Shown: piece by piece, positions 1 to 9,913 of the stretch
Numbering within the stretch: the stretch's first letter is position 1
How the letters are laid out: every line of letters starts with the position of its first letter
DNA from: Bacteroides phage crAss001
Length of the DNA: 32,000 bases
Direction: 5' to 3' (one strand)
Sequence record: NC_049977.1
Program-made: the position numbers and the translations under genes
Notes under the pieces: generated by a model
Told to the model about the DNA's origin: nothing
Database searches by the model: none
Seen by the model: the letters and a program-made list of their open reading frames with translations, nothing else

Positions 1-88
1 TAGTTACAGTATAACATTTGCCTACATCAAAGTGTAAACTCTTTTTTCCTTCATATATGACCTTATCACCTACTTTTAACATTCCCAT
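1..88 (-). CDS. hypothetical protein, N-terminus only (MGMLKVGDKVIYEGKKSLHFDVGKCYTVT...), runs off window
   Basis: Open reading frame translated by hand from the minus strand; start codon at 86-88, overlaps the end of the next gene. Confidence 0.5.
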   Translation of the reverse strand, partial: MGMLKVGDKVIYEGKKSLHFDVGKCYTVT

Positions 89-413
89 TATTACTTTCCT
101 CCCAATCTTCTAATGTTACAAACTTGTCAAGGAATTGCCTTTTCTCCCTAACATAATAATGACCATTTTTGAGACTCATATAGAGAACTGCATCTATCCA
201 TTCTCCACTATCCATGTCTTTCATCTTTACTACACCCTTAGCATAATATTGATTCTTGGTCTTGGGATAGACATAGATTCTCTTCTTTTGCTTACAACTT
301 AACAAGTGGATAGTGTAAATAAGCCCACATAGGACTATTACAACTACCCCTGTTATTATAAATACTTTCCAAATCTCCATACTAATGAATCCAATAATTA
401 GGTAAACTACCAT
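66..413 (-). CDS. small membrane-anchored hypothetical protein
   Basis: ORF with N-terminal hydrophobic segment (IWKVFIITGVVVIVLCGLIYTIHLL). Confidence 0.6.
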   Translation of the reverse strand: MVVYLIIGFISMEIWKVFIITGVVVIVLCGLIYTIHLLSCKQKKRIYVYPKTKNQYYAKGVVKMKDMDSGEWIDAVLYMSLKNGHYYVREKRQFLDKFVTLEDWEESNNGNVKSR

Positions 414-2502
414 CTTTCATTCTACTCATATCAGCATCAAGTTTACACCTCTTAACAAAGAATCCTCCAGCCTTAACCATACAGTTATATAAAGTTTCAG
501 CTACATTTTCAGCTATATCCTCAGGAGCTTCACAATTAATTTCATCATAAGGAGTAACAGTAATAAGAACTTTAAATAACAGGTTATTGTTCCTTAAATA
601 CTCAAAGAAATTAACCATGCTTACCTTATAACATAAAGCTCCTGTATGTTGTATTGGGTAATTAACTGATTGTCTATCTGATGCAGCTTTTCTTTTAAAG
701 AAATATTTAACTTTTTGTACTGTATATGATGTAGGACTTATTTCCTTCATCTCTCTATAGTGTTCCCAAAATCCTGGTTCTTTAAAAGACTCTTGAAGAG
801 ATTTTAGATAATTATAGTCATAAATATAAGCTTTATATCCTACAACAGGATTTAAATCTATATATCCTTTTTCAAACCAGTCTCTTCTCCTATAATCTTG
901 ATACCTCTTTAAGCCATTAAAACCTTTCATATAATTATTATAGATTTCCTTAGCTCTTTCAGGGGACAAACCAAAGTTTCTCATAATAGTGGTATCATTT
1001 CCAGCATAATTAAAAGCAAACTCATATCCCTTAGCTTCACTTCTAAGTTTATGATACTTCTCCTTTATTTGTTCTACTGGAAAATCTCTTGGAATTTCAT
1101 TAAATACCATCTTAGCTGTTAGGCTATGAAGGTCCTTACTTCCTTCCATAAGCTCATGAATCATAGCTTTATCATTAGCTACATCAGCCATTATAAAGCT
1201 TTCTTGACCTGAATAATCAATAGAAATCCACTTGTTTCCTTTCTCAGAAACAAAACAAGCTCTTGTCTCCTCATCAGCAGGAAGGTTCAAGAAATTAATA
1301 TAATCAACCTTATTAGCCTTATCTTTACCCCCTGAACTTATTCTTGCTGTATCAGTGCCTATTGGATTAAAGTTAGTATGGAGTCTTCCTGTTACTGGGT
1401 TAATTTGTTTCAAGAAATTTTCCCCATATACACTTACCACTTTAAAAGCTTCTTTATAGTCAAGATATAAAGGAATAAGACCACATTTATCCGCTTGAGG
1501 TTTTAATACTTTAGCATCAATACTGTCCTTATCTTCACCTGTCTTCCTATCCTCAACTTCAACTTGTACTCCATATTTTTTAAATATAGGTATGACCTGT
1601 TGAGTACTATTCCAGTTAAGAGTAACTTGAGGTTCAGTATTAAACCCATTAAACAGGTCTCCTTGTCTATTAACTACTATGTATTTAGAATTGGGTTCAT
1701 GTTCTATAAACCATTTATTCATAGAATTTAAAGCTTTTTGCAACCTCTCATTATCCTTCTTCATCTTAGCTTCCCATTTAGATTTATCAATCTTTACTCC
1801 ACAAAACTCCATGTAAGCAAGAGATAATATAAATCTATTCTCGTAGTCTATAGCATTAAGTAATCCCTTCTTTTTTAACTCCTCTTCTTGACAATCCTTA
1901 ATTTTTTCCAGATACTTTACATCATAAGCAGAATATACTATAACATCCTCACTAAGACCTTTATAGATAATCTGTCCTCTTATAGACTTATCAAGTTCAA
2001 CTCCAAGATACATTTGACCTGCTTTCTTTAAATTCATATATAGAATATAATAAGCTTTAGTCTTTTTCTTAGGGTCTTCTGGAACAAAATCATATCTATC
2101 ACACTTAATATTGTCAAATGTTTCAGGAGTTAATACTATGGGATAGCCTAACCACATTAATTTTTCAGCAAGGAACCCATCATAAACTCTTTTTGGGACT
2201 ATACCATATTTATATAACCATTTTAAATCAAATCTTGCATTCCAGAACAGAAATAATCTATCTGATTCAAGATATTCTTTATAAAAGGTTATATCAACAG
2301 TTGTACAGTCAATTACTACTTGAAACTCAAAGCAGCCAAGCTGCAAGGACAATAAGTTATCTATATGACAGTTTATCCCAGTAGTTTCAGTATCTAACCC
2401 TACTATAGATAAAGGTTGAAGGAGCCTTAAGGACTCCTTCACACTTATTATCTTATATTTATCAGATTCAGGTAGTATTTGTTGAGTTACTACATAAATC
2501 AT
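382..2502 (-). CDS. family A DNA polymerase with 3'-5' exonuclease domain
   Basis: Exo motif VGLDTETTGIN; polymerase motif A SIDYSGQESFIMADVAND; motif B-like KGYEFAFNYAGNDTTI; motif C-like ITVTPYDEINCEAPE. Confidence 0.93.
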   Translation of the reverse strand: MIYVVTQQILPESDKYKIISVKESLRLLQPLSIVGLDTETTGINCHIDNLLSLQLGCFEFQVVIDCTTVDITFYKEYLESDRLFLFWNARFDLKWLYKYGIVPKRVYDGFLAEKLMWLGYPIVLTPETFDNIKCDRYDFVPEDPKKKTKAYYILYMNLKKAGQMYLGVELDKSIRGQIIYKGLSEDVIVYSAYDVKYLEKIKDCQEEELKKKGLLNAIDYENRFILSLAYMEFCGVKIDKSKWEAKMKKDNERLQKALNSMNKWFIEHEPNSKYIVVNRQGDLFNGFNTEPQVTLNWNSTQQVIPIFKKYGVQVEVEDRKTGEDKDSIDAKVLKPQADKCGLIPLYLDYKEAFKVVSVYGENFLKQINPVTGRLHTNFNPIGTDTARISSGGKDKANKVDYINFLNLPADEETRACFVSEKGNKWISIDYSGQESFIMADVANDKAMIHELMEGSKDLHSLTAKMVFNEIPRDFPVEQIKEKYHKLRSEAKGYEFAFNYAGNDTTIMRNFGLSPERAKEIYNNYMKGFNGLKRYQDYRRRDWFEKGYIDLNPVVGYKAYIYDYNYLKSLQESFKEPGFWEHYREMKEISPTSYTVQKVKYFFKRKAASDRQSVNYPIQHTGALCYKVSMVNFFEYLRNNNLLFKVLITVTPYDEINCEAPEDIAENVAETLYNCMVKAGGFFVKRCKLDADMSRMKDGSLPNYWIH

Positions 2503-2816
2503 ATATTCACTATTGCATCAATCAACTCTTGCTCTTCTTCTGGTGTGACTTCAAAGGTAATAGCATAACCTACTCCCATTACATAGTCTATAGATTTAAC
2601 TACTGCCTCAGCTTCTTCAAGATATTCTCCCTCAACTATTATTGGACCACCTGATGGGTCTATGAACTTTTTCTTCTTATCTGTCAAACCACTCCTCATA
2701 GTATATGTGGAAGTCTTTAACATATAAGTGTGTGACTCACTGCCATCTGGCTTAACTAATCTCCTAAGATAGTTGTGTTCCTCTCCTCTTGATTTTAACT
2801 CTATTAAGTCTTTCAT
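2499..2816 (-). CDS. hypothetical protein
   Basis: ORF overlapping the polymerase start by 4 nt, same strand. Confidence 0.7.
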   Translation of the reverse strand: MKDLIELKSRGEEHNYLRRLVKPDGSESHTYMLKTSTYTMRSGLTDKKKKFIDPSGGPIIVEGEYLEEAEAVVKSIDYVMGVGYAITFEVTPEEEQELIDAIVNI

Positions 2817-3328
2817 ACCATTGAATATGCTACTAATTCATCAAAATTCAGTACATACCTATACTTCTGAAAGAAAGTACTACCCAAGATTCCATGCAGG
2901 TTAATACCATACTCCTGTTTAATCATTCCAAATGCCTGACTTAAGTCTACTACTTGGAAATCATCTTCATAGCTTTGACTTCTATAGCCCACATCCATTC
3001 TGATATAGCCTCTATCCTCTTTAACAGTACCCTCAATTCCTATTCCAAAGCCTGTCTCTCCAGTATCTACATAAGATAACCCTTCCAGAGCAGCCTCATT
3101 AATTGAAGAATAAGATGCACCAGTATCAAGAAGGAAGTTCAGTTTCCTGCCATTATTCATAAATGTAACAATTGGCAGTTCAACCAAATCCATAGACTCT
3201 CTAAATGAAATTCTTCCTACTTTAGGGTCTATCTTCCTTCTATTCATTATTAGATTAACAACTCCAGCAATAATGGCTACACAAGCCAGTACCACTATCA
3301 TTGCTACAATTTTCCATACAAACTCCAT
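2813..3328 (-). CDS. membrane-anchored retropepsin-like aspartic protease
   Basis: N-terminal TM segment (IVAMIVVLACVAIIAGVVNLIM), FLLDTGASYSSI active-site motif, downstream GILGSTFFQKYRYVLNF. Confidence 0.8.
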   Translation of the reverse strand: MEFVWKIVAMIVVLACVAIIAGVVNLIMNRRKIDPKVGRISFRESMDLVELPIVTFMNNGRKLNFLLDTGASYSSINEAALEGLSYVDTGETGFGIGIEGTVKEDRGYIRMDVGYRSQSYEDDFQVVDLSQAFGMIKQEYGINLHGILGSTFFQKYRYVLNFDELVAYSMV

Positions 3329-3344
3329 GTTTCATGTTTTTTTT

Positions 3345-3890
3345 TTAGTGATTAGATTCTTGAAACTCCCACACATAACCTCCTGCTGACTTAGTAGTAA
3401 ACATATAGCCTTTAGAGTCTTTACATATCTTCTTGTTACAACAGTCTGATATGTGAGTACTTGCTATCCCAGTGCTTCTTGAAGCTGCTTGAGCTGATTC
3501 AAATACAGCTATTATTTTTCTATCTTTAGTCATTTGAATAACTGGTTTAGGTGCATTAATAGAGCCTAAGACTCTTTTAGTCAGCAATTCTTTCCTTGAT
3601 TTATTACCATAAGATAAATTGTAACTTTGGGTACACCATTCCAAATTCTCAGCTCTATTATTTGAAGGATTTTCATCCTTATGATTTATAACTGGATAGT
3701 TGTTAGGATTAGGGATAAATAAAGATGCTACCAATCTATGTACTTGACAAGTTTTCTTTATCTTTCCATAACTAAGATTTACATACTTGTAACCATTCTT
3801 ATATTTTCCTTTTAGAATGTTCCCTGTTTTAATATTCCTAACTTCTCCCTCAGAGCTAACCTCATAATTTGAATCTAATCTTTTATACAT
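3345..3890 (-). CDS. NUMOD4/HNH homing endonuclease with C-terminal NUMOD-like DNA-binding repeat
   Basis: N-terminal YEVSSEGEVRN; HNH core VHRLVASLFIPNPNNYPVINHKDENPSNNRAENLEWCTQSYN; C-term KPVIQMTKDRKIIAVFESAQAASRSTGI. Confidence 0.9.
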   Translation of the reverse strand: MYKRLDSNYEVSSEGEVRNIKTGNILKGKYKNGYKYVNLSYGKIKKTCQVHRLVASLFIPNPNNYPVINHKDENPSNNRAENLEWCTQSYNLSYGNKSRKELLTKRVLGSINAPKPVIQMTKDRKIIAVFESAQAASRSTGIASTHISDCCNKKICKDSKGYMFTTKSAGGYVWEFQESNH

Positions 3891-3904
3891 ATTTTTTTTT
3901 CCTT

Positions 3905-4372
3905 TTAGAATCCACTACTTCCTATTCCACCCCTACCTTCATTTCCAAGGAAATCCACAGGCTCCAGAAGTGGTTTAGATGATAACAGCCATTTTAATTT
4001 CTGCCATACAGTAGCAAATTGAGATAATTTAACCTCAAACTGGCATACCCTTGTACCTTTAGGAATAGTTACAGCCTTGAAAGCATATAATGGTGCTCTC
4101 CATTCATCTGTATCACCATTATAAATGGTGTCAATGAACCCAAGACCATTAGCAATAGTCACTCCTAACTTACTTGGGGCACTACTTCTACTATAAATCT
4201 TAGCTACCATTCCTTTGGGAAGTTCAGTTGCAATACCTAACTTTGCAACATAAACTTCTCCTTTCTTTAAAGTCACATCTTCTGCCAGACATAAGTCAAA
4301 GCAATCTGACTTATCCTCTCCTGTTCTCACAGGAAAACAACCTTTTGTTATTTCTTTTACTTTTATTTTCAT
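3905..4372 (-). CDS. dut: dUTP diphosphatase (ORF track extends to 4420; the internal start MKIKVKEITKG at 4372 is preferred)
   Basis: Conserved motifs YSRSSAPSKLGV, NGLGFIDTIYNGDTDEWRAPL, RVCQFEV and C-terminal GRGGIGSSGF. Confidence 0.92.
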   Translation of the reverse strand: MKIKVKEITKGCFPVRTGEDKSDCFDLCLAEDVTLKKGEVYVAKLGIATELPKGMVAKIYSRSSAPSKLGVTIANGLGFIDTIYNGDTDEWRAPLYAFKAVTIPKGTRVCQFEVKLSQFATVWQKLKWLLSSKPLLEPVDFLGNEGRGGIGSSGF

Positions 4373-4373
4373 A

Positions 4374-6983
4374 TTATAAACATTTACTATACCCACAATC
4401 TTTACAGTGAATACAACCACCTTCTCTTACCAAAGTACCACCACAGTCAGGACATACCTCACCCTTAATTTCTTCATTAGGGATATACTTACTAAGTACT
4501 CTACACATAGCTGAACTAAATGAAGTAATATTGTCATTGACCTTCTTTGCAGTCTTGACAATATACTTAATATCTACTCCATGTCTTAACAACATAGATG
4601 AATACAAGGTAGCTGCATTCTCTTCAACATTTTCATTAGCTAACTCAAGATTATCTATATGAAAGACATCTGATGTAAAGCTATAGTGCATCTTACTTAC
4701 TTTAGTTATAACACCCTTATGAGGTTTAAAGCTGATAGGATTCCTTGGTCTGAATGCAAAGATTTCATAAGGTTTAGACTCTAACATACCCACTAAGATA
4801 ATAAACTGTTCACCTTTTGCTTTAATCAAATAAGCATCAGCTTCAAGTTCTTTAGGTCTTTTAGGAGCTTGTCTTCCTTCAATAGTCTTAGGTTTCTCAA
4901 CCTGAGTCAATACACCTTCCCTACATCCATCTCTGTAAATGGTGATACCTTTCAATCCCTGTTTCCATGCTTCAATATAGATGTCAGCAATCTCTTCTTC
5001 TGTAGTTTCTTTAGCCAGATTAACTGTACTACTAATACTATGAGTAATATATTTCTGAACTACTCCTTGTAACTTAACTCTCTGTCTCCAATCAATCTCT
5101 GGTGCAGTAGAACCATAATAAGGACTTTCCTTCCAAACTTCCTCCCATATTCCCAAGCTCCATTCATTAACTTCTGACTCACTATAGTTCATAGTTTCTA
5201 TTGCCCATCTCTTCAAGTTAGGATGAACTACTGTAAACAGAGTGTATTTCTCACCTACTTTATCTACATAATCTACCCTATCACTTTCAGACATACACTT
5301 CCTCTTTCTTTGATAGAAAGGCAGGAATATTGGTTCAATACCACTACTTGTACCAGCCATAATACTTACAGTTCCAGTAGGAGCTACAGTAGACCAACTT
5401 ATGTTCCTTCTACCATATTGAAACATTCTCCTTGCTTCACTATTATAATCTTTGCATAATATAGTGAACCAGTCATTCTGACCACTTCCACCATCATCCC
5501 ATCCAGCATGAAATTCTTGCCTAACATTCCAAACAGGAAATGGACCTCTTTCAATAGCCATATCAATATTACTATCAAGCTGACCTTTGAACATGACTTT
5601 CATCAACTGTTCAACCTGACTAATACCTTCATCAGAGTCATACTTCAAGCCTAACATAGCTATTGCATCAGCTAACCCAGTAAAACCTAAACCAGCTCTT
5701 CTTCCTCTAATAGCAGTCTCCTTGATTTTACTCCATAGCTTGAACTCAGTATCATCAGTATCATTCTTCACTGTATCAATAATCCTATCAACAGCTTCAA
5801 TCTCTAAATCAACTAAATCATCAGCTAATCTCATAGCTTCATAAGAGTGCATATATAGTAACTCTTCATCAATATGAGCTTTATCTGTAAATGGGTCTAC
5901 AATATAACTACTAAGATTAATATGAATTAATCTACAACTATCAAAAGGACCCATTGGAATCTCTCCACAAGGATTTGTACTCACCATCTTAAAGTCAGGA
6001 TATACACCATCAGGAGAATAGTTGTGCATTGCTCCTTCAAACATAATCCCTGGCTCTGCTGTATTCCAAGCACAGTGCATAAGGGTATTCCATAGCTCTC
6101 TTGCTTTAATTAGCTTAATGAATCTTCCCTTTCCTATTGAATATAGTTTGTTATACTCTCTCTTACCATCAAAGAGTTCATTATACTGAATGCACACAGT
6201 ATTACCAAACTCATCTGTCTCTTTGTAAGAAAGGTCAGATTCATCTACTGGAAATCTAAGGGTATAATCCTTATTCTCTATTACTGCCTGCATGAATTCA
6301 TCAGTAACTTTAACTGATATATTAGCTCCAGTTACCTTAGCTAAGTCCTGCTTCTTGGTTATAAACTCCTCAATATCAGGATGATTGATACTCATACTTA
6401 ACATAAGAGCACCTCTTCTTCCATTCTGAGCAACCTCATTGGTTATATCTGAACATACATCCATGAAAGATGCTGCACCTGTTGAAGATTTAGCTGCATT
6501 ATTAACCTTAGCTCCTCTTGGTCTAAGTTGAGATAAATCATAACCAACTCCACCTCTTCTTTTCATAAGTTGAGCCTGTTGGCTTCTTGTCTTCATTATC
6601 TCTGAATAACTGTCCTTTGGACTGCCTATTACAAAGCAATTACTAAGACTTACTAATGCTCCAGTTCCACAACCAGACATAACTGAACCTCCGGGTATAA
6701 TATACTTGAAGTCCTTAAATAATTCATAGATAGCTTCTTCATCAAGATTAGGTCTTTGATAACCATAGTTTGAGAGTTTCATAGCTTTATGATTGGGCAT
6801 ATCCCAATCATAGTTATTCTCTACTCTTGCAAATTCCTTAGCTAATCTCCTGTGTGTATCATCAGGAGTTTGCTCTCCATCTGCTGCATACTTATTTCTC
6901 CAAGTAGAAGCTGCCAGTTCATCCCCTTTAAAATATTCTAACTCTGTCATGCTGGTACTAAATTCTTTATTTCCATAATACAA
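4374..6983 (-). CDS. nrdJ: adenosylcobalamin-dependent (class II) ribonucleotide reductase
   Basis: SNCFVIGSPKDS, NPCGEIPMGPFDSCRLIHINLSSYI, PTGTVSIMAGTSSGIEPIFLPFY, and a C-terminal zinc-ribbon tail CPDCGGTLVREGGCIHCKDCGYSKC. Confidence 0.92.
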   Translation of the reverse strand: MYYGNKEFSTSMTELEYFKGDELAASTWRNKYAADGEQTPDDTHRRLAKEFARVENNYDWDMPNHKAMKLSNYGYQRPNLDEEAIYELFKDFKYIIPGGSVMSGCGTGALVSLSNCFVIGSPKDSYSEIMKTRSQQAQLMKRRGGVGYDLSQLRPRGAKVNNAAKSSTGAASFMDVCSDITNEVAQNGRRGALMLSMSINHPDIEEFITKKQDLAKVTGANISVKVTDEFMQAVIENKDYTLRFPVDESDLSYKETDEFGNTVCIQYNELFDGKREYNKLYSIGKGRFIKLIKARELWNTLMHCAWNTAEPGIMFEGAMHNYSPDGVYPDFKMVSTNPCGEIPMGPFDSCRLIHINLSSYIVDPFTDKAHIDEELLYMHSYEAMRLADDLVDLEIEAVDRIIDTVKNDTDDTEFKLWSKIKETAIRGRRAGLGFTGLADAIAMLGLKYDSDEGISQVEQLMKVMFKGQLDSNIDMAIERGPFPVWNVRQEFHAGWDDGGSGQNDWFTILCKDYNSEARRMFQYGRRNISWSTVAPTGTVSIMAGTSSGIEPIFLPFYQRKRKCMSESDRVDYVDKVGEKYTLFTVVHPNLKRWAIETMNYSESEVNEWSLGIWEEVWKESPYYGSTAPEIDWRQRVKLQGVVQKYITHSISSTVNLAKETTEEEIADIYIEAWKQGLKGITIYRDGCREGVLTQVEKPKTIEGRQAPKRPKELEADAYLIKAKGEQFIILVGMLESKPYEIFAFRPRNPISFKPHKGVITKVSKMHYSFTSDVFHIDNLELANENVEENAATLYSSMLLRHGVDIKYIVKTAKKVNDNITSFSSAMCRVLSKYIPNEEIKGEVCPDCGGTLVREGGCIHCKDCGYSKCL

Positions 6984-7990
6984 TCATTTGCCATCACTTC
7001 CTTACTATATTTCAAGTTAGGATTAGTAAGATAATAATTTAGGTCTGTAAGAATCTTCCTCCAATCCCTATATATCTTACTTGTTTCATCCTTTAAATCT
7101 ACCATACCAAAGTTCCCATAGAATTCCCACACAATAGGAGCAATTGTTCTTCTATTGATAACAATGAATTGATAATGCTGAATCTTGAACTCACTGAAAT
7201 AAGGGTCTCTCTTGATACACTCTTGAAGAATATATGTATATAGCTTAGCTTGAATATCATATCTCCAATGAGCAAAGGAGTCTTGAAAGTTCTCCTCAGG
7301 ATACCCAGTAGTCTTTAAGTCTATTGGATAGATAATCTTATTATGATGGTCCACAATAAGTTCATCAAACATACATCTCACTGGTATTCCATTCCATTCA
7401 GCCTTGAACTTCAATTGAAACACCTTCTCAATATCATCTCTCCAAGGGTCTATATAAAAGAAGTTCTTGGTTATTGAGTTGGTTCTTAATTCATCAACAC
7501 ACAGAGAGACATCATTATAATCCTTTTGGGATAATATAGTCTTATCTCCTGCCAGTGCAAGTAGTGAATAATACTCATTGCAGCTCTCTTTTACCTTCTT
7601 TATTCTGGTAGCTTTATAAGAGTCCCCTGTATAATATCCATTGGCTACAGCCACACTACTAATCACTTCATCATCAATAGTATCTACCCTTCTATGTGTA
7701 TCTCCATACTTGGAGAATAATACTTTGGTGATACTTATCAGGTTATCTGATAGATTAGGAAACTCACATACAATGAATCTTTCAGCAAAGGCTTGTTCCC
7801 CATCAGTAAGCATACAATCCACTGCACTACCAAATAGTAATGCTGGACTATCTACCTTATCAAAGAGAGAACTAAGATTCCTCCATCCTTCCCTTTCAAA
7901 TCTTGATAATGTAGAGTAACTGATTGCAGGGTCTTTCCTGTACTCTTCCTCTGTTACATTCCAAGATAGTTCTTTAATACTCTTCATCAT
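6947..7990 (-). CDS. RecB/Cas4-like PD-(D/E)XK exonuclease-like protein
   Basis: ISYSTLSRFEREGW ... LLFGSAVDCML ... CMFDELIVDHHNKIIYPIDLKTT ... YDIQAKLYTYILQ pattern. Confidence 0.75.
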   Translation of the reverse strand: MMKSIKELSWNVTEEEYRKDPAISYSTLSRFEREGWRNLSSLFDKVDSPALLFGSAVDCMLTDGEQAFAERFIVCEFPNLSDNLISITKVLFSKYGDTHRRVDTIDDEVISSVAVANGYYTGDSYKATRIKKVKESCNEYYSLLALAGDKTILSQKDYNDVSLCVDELRTNSITKNFFYIDPWRDDIEKVFQLKFKAEWNGIPVRCMFDELIVDHHNKIIYPIDLKTTGYPEENFQDSFAHWRYDIQAKLYTYILQECIKRDPYFSEFKIQHYQFIVINRRTIAPIVWEFYGNFGMVDLKDETSKIYRDWRKILTDLNYYLTNPNLKYSKEVMANDCIMEIKNLVPA

Positions 7991-8276
7991 AGTATTCCTC
8001 CTCTATGTCTTCTTCCCATTCATTACTGGGAACTTCAAGCTGGGTTAAATATACATCCACCTCAGCCTTTAAATTACTCAACTCTGTCAAGTCCACATCA
8101 AGATACTCCTGTTTAGGATTTTCACTCTTGATATTCTTCCTTGTCTTGAATATTGCTGAATCCACTAAGTCCTTGAGTGACTCAAAATCTCTGCTCTGAA
8201 TAAACTGTTCACCTAAAGTTATATCACTCTTGGGTAAACTGTTGAGCAATTTCCTCATTCTTTCTATGGCTTTCAT
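7974..8276 (-). CDS. hypothetical acidic protein
   Basis: ORF in operon context, overlaps both neighbours. Confidence 0.6.
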   Translation of the reverse strand: MKAIERMRKLLNSLPKSDITLGEQFIQSRDFESLKDLVDSAIFKTRKNIKSENPKQEYLDVDLTELSNLKAEVDVYLTQLEVPSNEWEEDIEEEYYDEEY

Positions 8277-8703
8277 CTTTAATAATTTGAATAAATTCTA
8301 AGAGTTGTTTCTTAGTAAAGACCTCAAAGATAAGATAATTTTCTTTATCTGGCAAATTCTCTATATGCCATCTAAATAACTTGAACTTATAAGGAAAAAC
8401 ATCATTTGTTTGCCCCTTTACTTCAATAATTATCTTTAAGCCTTGATACTCCATGTAGAAATCTGGGGTATAAGTAATATTAATTAGCTTCTTAAGGTTT
8501 AGTATTGTAGCCTTAGCTTTATTACGGGTGTAAAAAGGTACAGTAGGTCTAAATCCTTCCCAGATTGTATAAGTATGGGTTTCATATTCAGGTTCAAACC
8601 CATGTTGAAGCAAGGTCCTATAGACCATTGCCTCAATTCTGGATTTAAACTTTATATTACCATACACTTCTGGAGTGGCATTCCTAATTCTCCTGTTTTC
8701 CAC
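8224..8703 (-). CDS. putative PD-(D/E)XK endonuclease
   Basis: KSRIEAMVYRTLLQHGFEPEYE ... ITYTPDFYMEYQGLKIIIEVKG, i.e. E ... PDF ... EVK arrangement. Confidence 0.65.
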   Translation of the reverse strand: MENRRIRNATPEVYGNIKFKSRIEAMVYRTLLQHGFEPEYETHTYTIWEGFRPTVPFYTRNKAKATILNLKKLINITYTPDFYMEYQGLKIIIEVKGQTNDVFPYKFKLFRWHIENLPDKENYLIFEVFTKKQLLEFIQIIKDESHRKNEEIAQQFTQE

Positions 8704-9223
8704 CTCTCTTAAATAATTGTTTCATAGGGTCTCTCAAAATATGTTTAGCTGCAAGAGCATCATCCAATGTCCTGAATGCAGCAAAATTCTTGAAGTTCTT
8801 GACTTTATTCAAGTCCTTGACCTTTGTTATCTCTCCACTGAGGCAACTAATGATATAAATCTCCTTACTGTTCTCAATATGGTTATCATACTTTTCATCA
8901 AGTACAATAGCTACTTCCCTCAACAAAATTGAGAATACAGCAGCAGGATAGATTGTATATAGATTCCCAAGGTACTTTCTCAGATTATCCACATTCCAAT
9001 GAATCCTCTTTGCAAGGTGTTCCAAATAGAAATTAGGGTCTATATGAGTTCCTTCCTCTTCTACTTCTTTGATTACACCTTCCTTAATAAGAAATGGAAT
9101 ACTTTCCTCACAGACAATTACAGTATATAATGGCATGAAACCATAAGCACTGTTCATCCCAAAGGCAAGTGTCTTACCCATTTCTACTTCCTTGCCAGTC
9201 TCCACAAAAATAAGTTTCTTCAT
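8684..9223 (-). CDS. hypothetical protein
   Basis: ORF preceded by a 17-nt poly(A) leader (minus strand). Confidence 0.6.
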   Translation of the reverse strand: MKKLIFVETGKEVEMGKTLAFGMNSAYGFMPLYTVIVCEESIPFLIKEGVIKEVEEEGTHIDPNFYLEHLAKRIHWNVDNLRKYLGNLYTIYPAAVFSILLREVAIVLDEKYDNHIENSKEIYIISCLSGEITKVKDLNKVKNFKNFAAFRTLDDALAAKHILRDPMKQLFKRGGKQEN

Positions 9224-9247
9224 ACTTTTTTTTTTTTTTTTTGTAAA

Positions 9248-9913
9248 TTAATACTCTGTAAACCAGATAACTGGTTCACCATATTTTTCTTTAGTTAATT
9301 TGCTTACTTCTTGAAATACAGTAGATGGCATCCTTTCCTCTTGTCTTGCATAGTATGCAGGATGCTTCTCTTCCAGTATTATATTGGTATTCTTATTGAT
9401 ATAAGGCTTAAGTGTCTTAGCCTGTTCACCAAATAGAACATATATAATACCTGTCTGCCACTCTGATAGATTCTTTAGTAACTTGGTCATGAAAGGTCTC
9501 CACATCATTGTATGGCTACCTACCTTATTCATTTCACAAGTCAGTGCAGAATTAATCATTAGTACCCCTTGCTTAGCCCAACTCTCTAAAGTGGGGTCAA
9601 AGATAATACTATTATGTGGAACTTCAAAATCAATGCAAGCCTCTTTAACTATTTCAAGAGAAGGAGACAACTTAGTCCCCTCCTTGTTCCCAAATAGGAC
9701 ACCAGTAGCCACATCCTTTTGTGGATATGGGTCTTGTCCTATCATTACAACTTTGAGATTATTGTAGGGGCATAGATTAAAAGCCTTAAATATATCAGGA
9801 TATGCAGGACAAAGTAAGTCTCTTTTAATCAAACTTACCTGCCCTACTACCTTATTTAATTCCTTTATATCTATAACCCTTACCCATCCACCAAAATATT
9901 CCTCAAATGTCAT
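9248..9913 (-). CDS. ung: uracil-DNA glycosylase (family 1-like, divergent)
   Basis: VVMIGQDPYPQKDVATGVLFGN; VLMINSALTCEMNKVGSH; VLFGEQAKTLKPYI ... ILEEKHPAYYAR. Confidence 0.88.
   Translation of the reverse strand: MTFEEYFGGWVRVIDIKELNKVVGQVSLIKRDLLCPAYPDIFKAFNLCPYNNLKVVMIGQDPYPQKDVATGVLFGNKEGTKLSPSLEIVKEACIDFEVPHNSIIFDPTLESWAKQGVLMINSALTCEMNKVGSHTMMWRPFMTKLLKNLSEWQTGIIYVLFGEQAKTLKPYINKNTNIILEEKHPAYYARQEERMPSTVFQEVSKLTKEKYGEPVIWFTEY

Noticed and set aside
382-2502. Reverse transcriptase or diversity-generating element from YDE-like motif
   Set aside because: PYDEINCEAPE is the polymerase motif C of a family A DNA polymerase with a clear upstream exonuclease domain; no template/variable repeat pair seen.
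4869-5459. Plus-strand ORFs 4869..5072 and 5223..5459
   Set aside because: Antisense to nrdJ; no independent coding signal.
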